From the NCBI GenBank assembly GCA_964646615.1, contig CAZYEV010000006.1, positions 951-64,950 on the forward strand: DNA of 64,000 bases, written 5' to 3'. Position numbers and translations under genes: made by a program. The notes beneath the pieces are model-generated. The model was not told the DNA's origin. It saw only the letters and a program-made list of their open reading frames with translations, and did no database searches. The DNA is from an uncultured Saprospiraceae bacterium. Lineage in GTDB: Bacteria; Bacteroidota; Bacteroidia; Chitinophagales; Saprospiraceae. Positions 37,426 through 50,439 of the stretch are shown in pieces (position 1 is the stretch's first letter; each line of letters opens with the position of its first letter).

Positions 37426-37514
37426 ACGTGAAATGAGCGCCTGATGAAGGCAAAGTTAGCCTACAACGCCGCTGCGGCGGATGGGTTCAGACGCGGGCAT
37501 TTGCTGTAAAATGA

Positions 37515-37547
37515 AATAGCCGGACAGCGGATGCCTGCCCGGCTATT
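37515..37547 (-). terminator. Probable terminator hairpin of the TonB-dependent receptor gene
   Basis: aatagccgg-(15 nt)-ccggctatt. On the minus strand it is followed by the moderately U-rich tcatttta. Confidence 0.45.
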
Positions 37548-37577
37548 GAAGGCGCCTTCAGGAGGGCGAAAGGTTCG

Positions 37578-40151
37578 TCAGAACCGGAAGTTCAACCTGG
37601 AGAACAGGAACGCGCCGTTGAAGCCCATTTGCACGGCATCGTACAGGCCGCCGCCTTCGGTTTCCTGGTCTTGCCGCGTGGGGTAGGCGTTCAGGACGTT
37701 GACGCCGCCCAGCGTCCAGCGCACGCGCGGCGACAGGCGGTACGAAAGGCTGAGGTCGAGCGTTACGCGCGGGTCGTACACGTCTATTTCGCCGATGTAG
37801 TCTTCCAGTTCGATGCGGGCGAAGTAGTTGACGCGGGCATTGAGGCCCAGCCGGCGGCCGTGCAGGTCGAACGTGAGGTTGCCCTTCATGGGCGGAGCAG
37901 AGGCGAGGATGAATAGTTTTTCGCGGTTGCTCAGGTAGGAGTCTTCCTTGCCGACGAGTTTGGGGCTGGTGTTGACCTGGTCAATGGTCATGCGATTCCA
38001 GTTGCCGGCCAGGGTGAGGGTGAAGCGCTGTTCGTCGCCCAGTGTTCCGCTGTAAGCGGCCACGAGGTCGAGGCCGTTGGTAGTAGTATTGATGGCGTTG
38101 GCGAAGAAGCGAGCGCTGCCCACGTTGAGCGCCCGCAAGATGCCGCCTATCTGGTCGTCGTCATTGGTGAAGTCGCCCGTCAGCACAATGCGGTCTTTGA
38201 TTTGGATCCGGTAAAAGTCGGCCGACAGCGTAAAGCCCTGGCGGCTGTACGTCAGGCCAGCGCCGAGGTTGACGGACGTTTCCTCTTTGAGCGGCTCAAT
38301 GCCCAACGCGCGGGTAACGGGGCTGTTGTTTTTGGCTAAGAACTTGTCCACAGCTACGCCGGACTCGAAGTCGGTGTAAACGGAGTTGAAATACAGCTGC
38401 GCCAGCGATGGCGCGCGGAAGCCCGTGCTGGCCGAGCCGCGCAAGGCCAAGCCGTCGGTGAGTTTGTAGCGGGCGGCCAGTTTGCCGTTGAGCGTGTTGC
38501 CAAAGTCGGAGTAGTTTTCAAAGCGCACAGCAGCGCCGAGGCTGAAGGTGGAGGAGAAGGTGAATTCACCGTCCACAAAGGCGGCGATGTTGGTGCGGCT
38601 TTCGTTGACTTCATTTTGCGGCCCAAAGCCCGGAAAGCCCTGCGCGCCGCCAGGTCGGGCGATGCTGTCGCCTTCGGGAGTGATGAAATAGACCGGCCCA
38701 TAGGTGCGCCACGAAGCTTCTTCGCCGGCGAAGATCTGGTAGTTCTCCAAGCGATGCTCGGCACCGAAGGCGATGTTGGTGCCGTTGAACCAGTCTCGGA
38801 AGAAGCGGCTAAACGTGAGGTTGGCCGTGTTCTGGCGCAGTTGGAAGCCGCCGTCGTCGAATTCGGTGGGCGAGCGTTCTTCGAGGCTGGCGTTGAGGGT
38901 GCCGCGTCCGTAGTAGTGGAAGCGGTTGAGGCCGACCGTGTAGTTGAGGTCGGTGTTCCAGTTATTCAGTGCGCCGCGCACGCCTACGCTCATGCTGCGG
39001 TCGGTGATGTTGGAGGCGATAATGGGGTCGAAGCCATTGGGATAGATGGCGTCCACGTTGCGCTCGGTGCCCGGGTCGCGGCTCCAGGCGTAAGCGTTGG
39101 TCTGGCGGAAGTTGGAGCCGCCAAAAGCGTACAGCGACACGTCTTTGCCCAGCGGCACGGCAGCGTTGAAATAGGTGGCGAAGTTGGTGCCCTGTGCGTC
39201 GCCGAATTTGCGCCGGTACAGGGAGGGGTCATAGCGGTTGGTGTGCCCGCGCGACCAGTAGTCCATGGTGAAGTTGGCGAAGCCGCCCTCGCCGATGCGG
39301 AAGCCATAGTTGCCGTTGACCTGAAGGTTTTCGCCGTCGAAAGTGCTGCGTTCGGGGTTGTCTTTGGCCAGATGAGCTCCGACATTGACATTGCCGTTGA
39401 ACTCGTTGACGTTCTCTTTGAGCACGATGTTGATAACCCCCGCGATAGCGTCGGAGCCGTATTGCGCTGAGGCACCGTCGCGCAGGATTTCGATACGCTC
39501 AATGGCCGCTGCCGGTATGGCGTTCAGGTCGGTGCCCGTGTTGCCGCGTCCGCGCGTGCCGTAGATGTTGACTAAGCTCGACTGGTGGCGGCGCTTGCCG
39601 TTGATGAGCACAAGTGTCTGGTCGGGCCCCAGGCCGCGCAGCGTAGCCGGGTCCACGTGGTCGGCTCCGTCGGCACCCGTCTGGCGGTTGGCGTTGAACG
39701 ACGGCGCGGCGTATTGGAGCATCTGATTGACGTCCAGCTGGCCCTGTGTTGCCATCAGCTGGCGCACATCGAGCACGTCAATGGGCACCAATGAGTTGGT
39801 TACCGAGCGATTGAGCGCGCGCGAGCCTACAATGACCACACCTTCCAACACCAGACCTTCCCGCATCTGCACATTGATCTCCGAACGACCATCCACCGGT
39901 ACTTCCTGGGTCGCGTAGCCCGTGTAGGAAAACACCAACGTGGCATCCGACCGACTGACGCGCAGCGAATAGGCGCCATCCCAGGCCGAAATGGTGCCGT
40001 TCGTGGTGCCTCGCTCGTAAATGGTAACGCCTACTAACGGATTGCCGGACTCATCGGTAACCTTGCCCTTGACAGTTCCCTGGGCGTGCAAGCCCACTAC
40101 CGAAAGGCTCCACAGCAGCCCAAGGAGCAGGAGAGTGTTAAGTTGTTTCAT
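37578..40151 (-). CDS. TonB-dependent outer-membrane receptor with an N-terminal carboxypeptidase-regulatory-like domain
   Basis: Signal peptide, GTVKGKVTDESGNPLVGVTIY (CarbopepD_reg), plug region DVLDVRQL...IERIEILRDGASAQYGSDAIAGVINIV, and a beta-barrel ending in LNFRF. ATG verified at 40151. Confidence 0.88.
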   Translation of the reverse strand: MKQLNTLLLLGLLWSLSVVGLHAQGTVKGKVTDESGNPLVGVTIYERGTTNGTISAWDGAYSLRVSRSDATLVFSYTGYATQEVPVDGRSEINVQMREGLVLEGVVIVGSRALNRSVTNSLVPIDVLDVRQLMATQGQLDVNQMLQYAAPSFNANRQTGADGADHVDPATLRGLGPDQTLVLINGKRRHQSSLVNIYGTRGRGNTGTDLNAIPAAAIERIEILRDGASAQYGSDAIAGVINIVLKENVNEFNGNVNVGAHLAKDNPERSTFDGENLQVNGNYGFRIGEGGFANFTMDYWSRGHTNRYDPSLYRRKFGDAQGTNFATYFNAAVPLGKDVSLYAFGGSNFRQTNAYAWSRDPGTERNVDAIYPNGFDPIIASNITDRSMSVGVRGALNNWNTDLNYTVGLNRFHYYGRGTLNASLEERSPTEFDDGGFQLRQNTANLTFSRFFRDWFNGTNIAFGAEHRLENYQIFAGEEASWRTYGPVYFITPEGDSIARPGGAQGFPGFGPQNEVNESRTNIAAFVDGEFTFSSTFSLGAAVRFENYSDFGNTLNGKLAARYKLTDGLALRGSASTGFRAPSLAQLYFNSVYTDFESGVAVDKFLAKNNSPVTRALGIEPLKEETSVNLGAGLTYSRQGFTLSADFYRIQIKDRIVLTGDFTNDDDQIGGILRALNVGSARFFANAINTTTNGLDLVAAYSGTLGDEQRFTLTLAGNWNRMTIDQVNTSPKLVGKEDSYLSNREKLFILASAPPMKGNLTFDLHGRRLGLNARVNYFARIELEDYIGEIDVYDPRVTLDLSLSYRLSPRVRWTLGGVNVLNAYPTRQDQETEGGGLYDAVQMGFNGAFLFSRLNFRF

Positions 40152-40336
40152 AACGCAGAACAGTTTTGTTGTGAATGGATGAAATAAAATGAAACGCTTT
40201 TTGGCCAAAAAGCCGGGCGAAAGTAGGGCAGAAGCGTATGGCTGCCAAATTTGAAAAATTTTTACCGAATGCCTGGAGAGCAACCGTCCCAGCTATGGGC
40301 GGCTATTTTTGCGCATTCAAACAGCCTCTTCTGCGC

Positions 40337-41440
40337 ATGCTTTCCCATGCCGTTTTGCTCCGTTGGCGAAAAGCGCTTGCCCTGGCTTTGTCGCTGTGCC
40401 TTTCGTGGTCGTGCCAGCGAGGCCAGGAGCCGGCGCCCTCTCCCGAGCCGCCCGATACCCTGCCGTTCATCGCCGCCGCTGACATTTCTGGATATCCGGA
40501 AATAGAAGCCAGCCGGCCCACCTTTTACACCGACGACGGTCGGCCGGGCGATTTTCTGGAGATCCTCCGATCCAGCGGCGTCAACACCATCCGCTTGCGG
40601 CTGTGGGTCCATCCCGCTGGCGGGCATTCCGGCATAGAGGAGGTTGAGGCGTTTGCCCGGCGCCTGAGGGCCATGGGTTTTCGCCTGTGGCTCGCGCTGC
40701 ACTACTCCGACACCTGGGCCGACCCGGGCCGCCAGCAGGTGCCCGCCCGCTGGCAATCGCTCGACTTTGCCCGCCTGCAAGACAGCGTGCACGCATATAC
40801 CCGACACGTGGCCGAGCAGATCCAGCCGGAAATCATCCAGCTGGGCAACGAAATCAACAGCGGCTTCCTGCACCCCGCCGGGCATCTGGCCCTACACCCG
40901 CAGCAGTTCCGGGCGCTGCTCTCCACAGCGGCCCACGCCGTTCGGGCGGCGTCGCCAACATCCAAAATCCTGTTGCACTTCGCCGGCATCGAGAACGCCG
41001 GCGGATTTTTTCAGCAAATTGCTGACCTGGACTTCGACCTCATCGGCCTGTCGTACTATCCCATCTGGCACGGCAAGCAGCTGGCGCTGCTGCACGCTAC
41101 ACTGAGGCAACTCGCCCAGCGCAAGCCCGTCGTCATCGCCGAAACGGCCTACCCGTTCACCTTAGGCTGGAACGACTGGACGACCAACATCGTGGGCTTG
41201 CCCGAGCAACTCATTCTGCCCGAATACCCCGCCACGCCGCAGGGTCAACGGGATTTTTTGAAAAAAATAAAAACCATCGTGCAAGACACCCCCAACGGCG
41301 CCGGCTTGTGCTACTGGGGGGCGGAATGGATTGCCTGGAAAGGGCCAACAGCCACCGACGGCTCGCCGTGGGAAAATCAGGCCCTGTTCGACTTTGACCA
41401 CCGGGCACTGCCAGCGCTGCGGGTGTTCAAACCCGATTGA
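40337..41440 (+). CDS. Arabinogalactan endo-beta-1,4-galactanase (GH53)
   Basis: Lipoprotein-like signal ...LSWSC, GVNTIRLRLWVHP, the acid/base region IQLGNEINSG and the nucleophile region VVIAETAYPF. ATG verified at 40337. Confidence 0.8.
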   Translation: MLSHAVLLRWRKALALALSLCLSWSCQRGQEPAPSPEPPDTLPFIAAADISGYPEIEASRPTFYTDDGRPGDFLEILRSSGVNTIRLRLWVHPAGGHSGIEEVEAFARRLRAMGFRLWLALHYSDTWADPGRQQVPARWQSLDFARLQDSVHAYTRHVAEQIQPEIIQLGNEINSGFLHPAGHLALHPQQFRALLSTAAHAVRAASPTSKILLHFAGIENAGGFFQQIADLDFDLIGLSYYPIWHGKQLALLHATLRQLAQRKPVVIAETAYPFTLGWNDWTTNIVGLPEQLILPEYPATPQGQRDFLKKIKTIVQDTPNGAGLCYWGAEWIAWKGPTATDGSPWENQALFDFDHRALPALRVFKPD

Positions 41441-41514
41441 ACTGTAGCTCCAATGCAGCGAACCGGCAGGCCTTTTGCGCAGTTTATGCCGCCGAATGCT
41501 ACGGGTGCAGGTGC

Positions 41515-41522
41515 TACCTTTG
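41515..41522 (+). promoter_or_regulatory. Candidate -7 box (TAccTTTG) upstream of the symporter gene
   Basis: tacctttg ends 31 nt before the ATG at 41554. No well-spaced -33 TTG was seen. Confidence 0.3.
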
Positions 41523-41553
41523 CCGCCCTACTCCCGTTAACGTTTGTTGCAAG

Positions 41554-43035
41554 ATGCAAAACCCGACGCTCCTCATCTTCATTGCGCTGTACCTGTTGGG
41601 CACCTTAGCCGTAGGCTGGTGGGCCGCCCGGCGGGTGAAAACGACAGCAGACTTTGTGGTGGCGGGCAAAAATTTGCCCATGTTCATTGCGGCTTGCGCG
41701 CTGTTTGCCACGTGGTTCGGCTCCGAAACGGTCATGGGTGCCTCGTCAGAGTTCATCTCACACGGCGTGTCGGGCATCATTGAAGACCCCATGGGCGCTG
41801 CGCTGTGTCTGTTTCTGTCGGGCCTGCTCATTGCGCGCCCGTTGTACAAGCGCAACCTCTACACATTCAGCGACTTCTTTCGGCTGCGCTACAACCGACG
41901 CACGGAACTGGTGTCGGCTCTGTTCATGGTGCCGTCGTATTTCAGCTGGATTGCCGCACAGCTCATTGCCCTGGCCATCATCTTGCAGGCCGTTTGTGGT
42001 CTGGAGAAGGTGTATGGGGTGCTGATATGCACCGCGCTGGTGCTGGCCTACACGTATGTGGGCGGCATGTGGTCGGTAACAGTAACGGAATTTGTCCAGA
42101 CCATAGCCATCATCGTTGGACTGACGTTTCTGGCCGTTAAGCTGGTGCTTCAGGTAGGTGGCTTTGAGGTGATGCGGGAGGCGGCACCGGCGGATTTTTT
42201 CCGGTTTTGGCCGGAGGCGAAGCCCGTGCCCATTCTGCACTGGCTGGCGGCGTGGATGACCATTGGGTTGGGCAGCATCCCGCAGCAGGACGTGTTTCAG
42301 CGCGTGATGGCGGCGCGCACCGAGCGCGCTTCGGTGAATGCCTGCTACACGTCCTCAGTTATGTACTTGAGCGTGGCGGCGCTACCGCTCATCATTGCCT
42401 ACTGCGGGCGCATGCTGTATCCGGAGCTGACGGAGGGCGATGAGGCACAAATGATGATCCCGCATTTGGTGCTGCAACACACCGGGCTGTGGACGCAAAT
42501 TTTGTTCTTTGGCGCGCTGCTGTCGGCCATTTTGAGCACCTGCTCGGGCGCTATGCTGGCCCCAGCCACCGTCATCGGCGAGAACCTGATAAAACCGCTT
42601 TATGGCAGCCTCAACGACGCCCAACTGCTGCGCATTATGCGCATATCGGTGGTCGGCGTGGCCGTGGTTACGGGCGCCATGGCGCTCATGCGCAACAACA
42701 TTTATGAGCTGGTGGGCGAGTCGTCGGCTCTCAGCTTAGTTTCGCTTTTCACACCCCTGCTGGCCGGGTTGTACTGGAAGCGCTCCACAGCGGCGGGCGC
42801 CATGGCCTCCATGATAGCCGGCATTGTGGTGTGGGCTTTGGCCAGCCATTGGAGCGCTGGCCACGAAACGCTGGTCGAAGGACAGGGAAGCCTTCTGGAA
42901 CAGATGGCCCAGGTGCCGGCCATGCTTTACGGCTTCGCAGCCAGCCTCCTGGCAATGGTGGTGGTGTCGCTGCTAACGCCCCACCAACCACAGGAAAATC
43001 AGTGGCATAACATTTCTACCGAGGAGACAACATGA
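41554..43035 (+). CDS. Sodium:solute symporter (SSS family)
   Basis: About 13 TM helices. The start ...WWAARRVKTTADFVVAGKNLP and the WFGSETVMG segment are typical of SSS transporters. ATG verified at 41554. Confidence 0.8.
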   Translation: MQNPTLLIFIALYLLGTLAVGWWAARRVKTTADFVVAGKNLPMFIAACALFATWFGSETVMGASSEFISHGVSGIIEDPMGAALCLFLSGLLIARPLYKRNLYTFSDFFRLRYNRRTELVSALFMVPSYFSWIAAQLIALAIILQAVCGLEKVYGVLICTALVLAYTYVGGMWSVTVTEFVQTIAIIVGLTFLAVKLVLQVGGFEVMREAAPADFFRFWPEAKPVPILHWLAAWMTIGLGSIPQQDVFQRVMAARTERASVNACYTSSVMYLSVAALPLIIAYCGRMLYPELTEGDEAQMMIPHLVLQHTGLWTQILFFGALLSAILSTCSGAMLAPATVIGENLIKPLYGSLNDAQLLRIMRISVVGVAVVTGAMALMRNNIYELVGESSALSLVSLFTPLLAGLYWKRSTAAGAMASMIAGIVVWALASHWSAGHETLVEGQGSLLEQMAQVPAMLYGFAASLLAMVVVSLLTPHQPQENQWHNISTEETT

Positions 43036-43502
43036 CCATACAACAGCGCTACATGCTTGGCCTGGAGCTCATCTGGTGGCTCTTGACAGCCGTAGTGGCC
43101 TGGGCCGTACTCTGGCCCATTCACAAAGCCATGCACGTGTGGCCTTTCGAGCGCTGGAACGTGATCTTCATCGTGGCGCTCATCACGCTGGCGCGCTACA
43201 CCTTCTTGCTGCCGCACACCTTCATCGCCCGGGCGCAGGAGGTGAAAGTGGCGCTTTTTCTGCTCATGTTCCCGCTCACCTTTGTGCTGGTGGAAGCCGT
43301 CAATGGCTTTATGGTCTACATCGAAGAGAACACGTGGGACGGCCTGACAGGGCACCTCCCGCTGGAGCGCAAACAGGCTGTAGAAGAATATATCTGGGCC
43401 GAAATGCTCTTCTTCGGCGTGGGTAGCTTCATCGCAGCGCCAGTGTTCGCCGTGCGTCTGCTCATCTCCGTGTGGCGCACGCGCAATCGAGGCACGGCTT
43501 GA
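43032..43502 (+). CDS. Hypothetical 4-TM membrane protein translationally coupled to the symporter
   Basis: Its ATG overlaps the symporter TGA (ATGA at 43032-43035). Four hydrophobic helices; no recognisable family. Confidence 0.55.
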   Translation: MTIQQRYMLGLELIWWLLTAVVAWAVLWPIHKAMHVWPFERWNVIFIVALITLARYTFLLPHTFIARAQEVKVALFLLMFPLTFVLVEAVNGFMVYIEENTWDGLTGHLPLERKQAVEEYIWAEMLFFGVGSFIAAPVFAVRLLISVWRTRNRGTA

Positions 43503-43526
43503 GTGCACGTTCACCAACAGCCGAAT

Positions 43527-43976
43527 TTACGGGCGTTTTGCCCGAAAAAATGCCTTCAGCAGCCGCATGGCCTCTTCTTCCAGCACGCCCATCTCCACGC
43601 GCGTTTTGGGGTGCAGGAGGTTTTTGCCGCCATAGCGCATAAAGCCGCGCTTGTCGTCGGAGGCTCCGTACACCAATCGCCCCAACTGTGCCCAGGCCAG
43701 CGCACCTGCACACATGACGCATGGTTCCAGCGTTACGTACAGCGTGCATGTAGGTAAGTACTTACTGCCCAAGTGGTTCGACGCCGCCGTGAGGGCCAGT
43801 ATCTCGGCATGTGCCGTTACATCGGTCAGCTGCTCCGTCTGGTTGTGCGCCCGCGCAATGATGCGGCCTTCGCTCACAATAACAGCGCCCACCGGCACCT
43901 CGCCGCTTTCGTAAGCGCGCTGCGCTTCGGCCAGCGCTTGCTGCATAAAATAGGTGTCGGATTGGACGAAAAGCAT
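43527..43976 (-). CDS. tadA: tRNA adenosine(34) deaminase
   Basis: GEVPVGAVIV, HAEILAL and TLEPCVMCAGAL (CMP/dCMP deaminase zinc motifs). ATG at 43976; the ORF-track start at 44003 is TTG. Confidence 0.88.
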   Translation of the reverse strand: MLFVQSDTYFMQQALAEAQRAYESGEVPVGAVIVSEGRIIARAHNQTEQLTDVTAHAEILALTAASNHLGSKYLPTCTLYVTLEPCVMCAGALAWAQLGRLVYGASDDKRGFMRYGGKNLLHPKTRVEMGVLEEEAMRLLKAFFRAKRP

Positions 43977-44090
43977 CGTACCGCAGGCAATAGGCTGTTG
44001 CAAAAAGAGGTGCAGCTAAGGTACAGGTGGGCTCGACGCTGAGGTGCATTAAAAAAAACTGCACCCCTGCGCAACGCATCAATTCCATAG

Positions 44091-46525
<2,435 letters not shown>

Positions 46526-46532
46526 CCGTAGC

Positions 46533-46550
46533 GGCCAAACTTGTTTGGCC
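46533..46550. repeat. REP-like imperfect palindrome, copy 1 (oxyR-katG spacer)
   Basis: ggccaaacttgtttggcc. Confidence 0.85.
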
Positions 46551-46556
46551 CAGTAA

Positions 46557-46576
46557 CGACCAAACTTGTTTGGTCG
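46557..46576. repeat. REP-like imperfect palindrome, copy 2
   Basis: cgaccaaacttgtttggtcg. Confidence 0.85.
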
Positions 46577-46615
46577 TTCAAGCCCAGATAGGAATGTATT
46601 ACAGCCCAAAGACAC

Positions 46616-46635
46616 CCGCCAAACAAGTTTGGCGG
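46616..46635. repeat. REP-like imperfect palindrome, copy 3 (inverted relative to copies 1 and 2)
   Basis: ccgccaaacaagtttggcgg. Confidence 0.85.
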
Positions 46636-46642
46636 CTACAAT

Positions 46643-46668
46643 GCCAAACAAGTTTGGCGGTTACGGGG
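46643..46668. repeat. REP-like imperfect palindrome, copy 4, with flank
   Basis: gccaaacaagtttggcggttacgggg is the exact reverse complement of 19369-19394 (26 nt). Confidence 0.9.
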
Positions 46669-46672
46669 CTGG

Positions 46673-46680
46673 CAAAGTTA
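46673..46680 (-). promoter_or_regulatory. Candidate -7 box (TAacTTTG on the minus strand) for oxyR
   Basis: The plus-strand caaagtta is the reverse complement of taactttg. It would place all four palindromes in the oxyR 5' leader. Confidence 0.3.
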
Positions 46681-46697
46681 TTGACAGAGTCTATTGC

Positions 46698-46714
46698 CCG
46701 ATAAAAAATATCGG
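46698..46714. promoter_or_regulatory. Candidate operator palindrome between the divergent oxyR and katG promoters
   Basis: ccgata-aaaaa-tatcgg has 6-bp arms and lies between the two predicted -7 boxes. Confidence 0.3.
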
Positions 46715-46738
46715 TTTTGTTTATGGTTTGGGCAGGCG

Positions 46739-46746
46739 TAGTTTTG
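46739..46746 (+). promoter_or_regulatory. Candidate -7 box (TAgtTTTG) for katG
   Basis: tagttttg, with a TTG at 46717-46719 (19-nt spacer), about 73 nt upstream of the katG ATG. Confidence 0.4.
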
Positions 46747-46806
46747 TGCCGCCCTTCAAGGCCTCGTGCTACGAGGGCGCCCAACACGTCATCGTTCATC
46801 CAATAA

Positions 46807-49014
<2,208 letters not shown>

Positions 49015-49110
49015 CTACGCCAGCGCGGCCTTTAGCCGCCTGCCAATACCCACGACACAAGAGGTTCTCGACGACATACGGGAATTTTTTCAAACCGGGC
49101 CTGCCTGACA

Positions 49111-49132
49111 GAAGGCGGGCCTTCGGTTTTTT
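49111..49132 (+). terminator. Weak rho-independent terminator after katG
   Basis: gaagg-cggg-ccttc followed by ggtttttt. Confidence 0.45.
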
Positions 49133-49140
49133 ATACTGCT

Positions 49141-49179
49141 CCCGGGGCGACACCTCCTTGGCGGAGATGTCGCCCCGGG
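49141..49179. repeat. GGTGTCG-core hairpin element, copy H2
   Basis: cccggggcgacacctcc-ttggc-ggagatgtcgccccggg forms a 17-bp stem with one C-A mismatch. It contains the gcgacacc / gatgtcgc core. Confidence 0.75.
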
Positions 49180-49263
49180 CTTTCCGCCAAACCCCTGATG
49201 ATCTCTAACGGCAAATTTTGGCTAACTCGGCATCGGATGCCTGATTTGCCATAATTTTGTTGC

Positions 49264-50433
49264 ATGATACCGCGCACATTAGCCCAAAAGGCCCTTTATT
49301 TGGCCTCTAAGTTTCCTATACTCAGCATTACCGGTCCGCGACAATCGGGCAAAACGACGCTGGCGCGCCATCTCTTTCCAGATTACGTTTACGTTAACCT
49401 GGAGCATCCAAACGTTCGGCTGGCTGCCAGGGCGTCTCCGAGCGACTTCCTGCGGCAAAGCGAAAGGGGGATGATCATTGACGAAGCGCAATACGCCCCG
49501 GAACTATTCTCCTACTTGCAGCTAGAGGCCGACGAGCAAAACCGACCGGGCCGCTTCATCTTGTGCGGCTCGCAGCATTTTTTGCTCATGGAGCGCATTA
49601 CGCAAAGCCTGGCCGGGCGGGTGGGCATCTTGCAGTTATTGCCGTTTTCTATGGAAGAGCTGACCTCGGCGGGGATACCTCGACAGGACGCGCTTTCTTA
49701 CATTTTTGAAGGCTTTTTTCCGCGCTTGCATGCCGATGCCATTGAACCGGCCGACTTTTATCCGGCCTATATCCAGACCTATATCGAGCGCGACGCCCGG
49801 CAAGTTGTCAATATTTCGGATTTGGATACTTTTCAAAATTTTGTCCGCTTATGTGCAGGCCGAATTGGCAACCTGTTCAATCAGAGCGAAATAGGCGGCC
49901 TGATTGGCGTGGATCAAAAAACGGCTCGCCGTTGGCTGACCATCCTGCAAACGGGCTTTCAGGCCTTCACGTTACCTCCTTATTTTCGGAACTTTGACAA
50001 GCGTATCGTCAAGGCTCCTAAGCTCTACTTCTGGGACACAGGTGTTGCTTGTGCCTTGCTGGGCATCCGCTCGGTAGCGGACTTGCGCCAGCATTTTGCC
50101 TACGGCGCGCTGTTTGAGAATTTTATTATTGTTGAAATACTCAAGCACTTCCTTCATCGAGGTATTCGCCCAAATGCCTATTTCTGGTCGGAGCGCGGGG
50201 TCAACGAAGTAGACCTGCTCATCGAGGAGGGCGGCAAATGCTATCCCATAGAAATCAAGGCAGCGCAGACGGTACAGCCGGCTTTTTTTAAGGGTATTCG
50301 GGCTTTCAATAAGGCGTCCGGTAACCCGGTAGAGCACGCGATGCTCATCTACGGCGGAGAGGCGTCCTGGCGCACCGAGCAGGGCGAACAGGTGAGGGCG
50401 TGGTTTGACCTGCCCACCTTCCTCTCCGGATGA
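49264..50433 (+). CDS. AAA-type ATPase with a C-terminal DUF4143-like domain
   Basis: Walker A ITGPRQSGKTTLA and Walker B GMIIDEAQ. The C-terminal part (FENFIIVEILK..., EVDLLIEEGGKCYPIEIK) resembles the restriction-endonuclease-like DUF4143 module. Confidence 0.7.
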   Translation: MIPRTLAQKALYLASKFPILSITGPRQSGKTTLARHLFPDYVYVNLEHPNVRLAARASPSDFLRQSERGMIIDEAQYAPELFSYLQLEADEQNRPGRFILCGSQHFLLMERITQSLAGRVGILQLLPFSMEELTSAGIPRQDALSYIFEGFFPRLHADAIEPADFYPAYIQTYIERDARQVVNISDLDTFQNFVRLCAGRIGNLFNQSEIGGLIGVDQKTARRWLTILQTGFQAFTLPPYFRNFDKRIVKAPKLYFWDTGVACALLGIRSVADLRQHFAYGALFENFIIVEILKHFLHRGIRPNAYFWSERGVNEVDLLIEEGGKCYPIEIKAAQTVQPAFFKGIRAFNKASGNPVEHAMLIYGGEASWRTEQGEQVRAWFDLPTFLSG

Positions 50434-50439
50434 AAGCGA

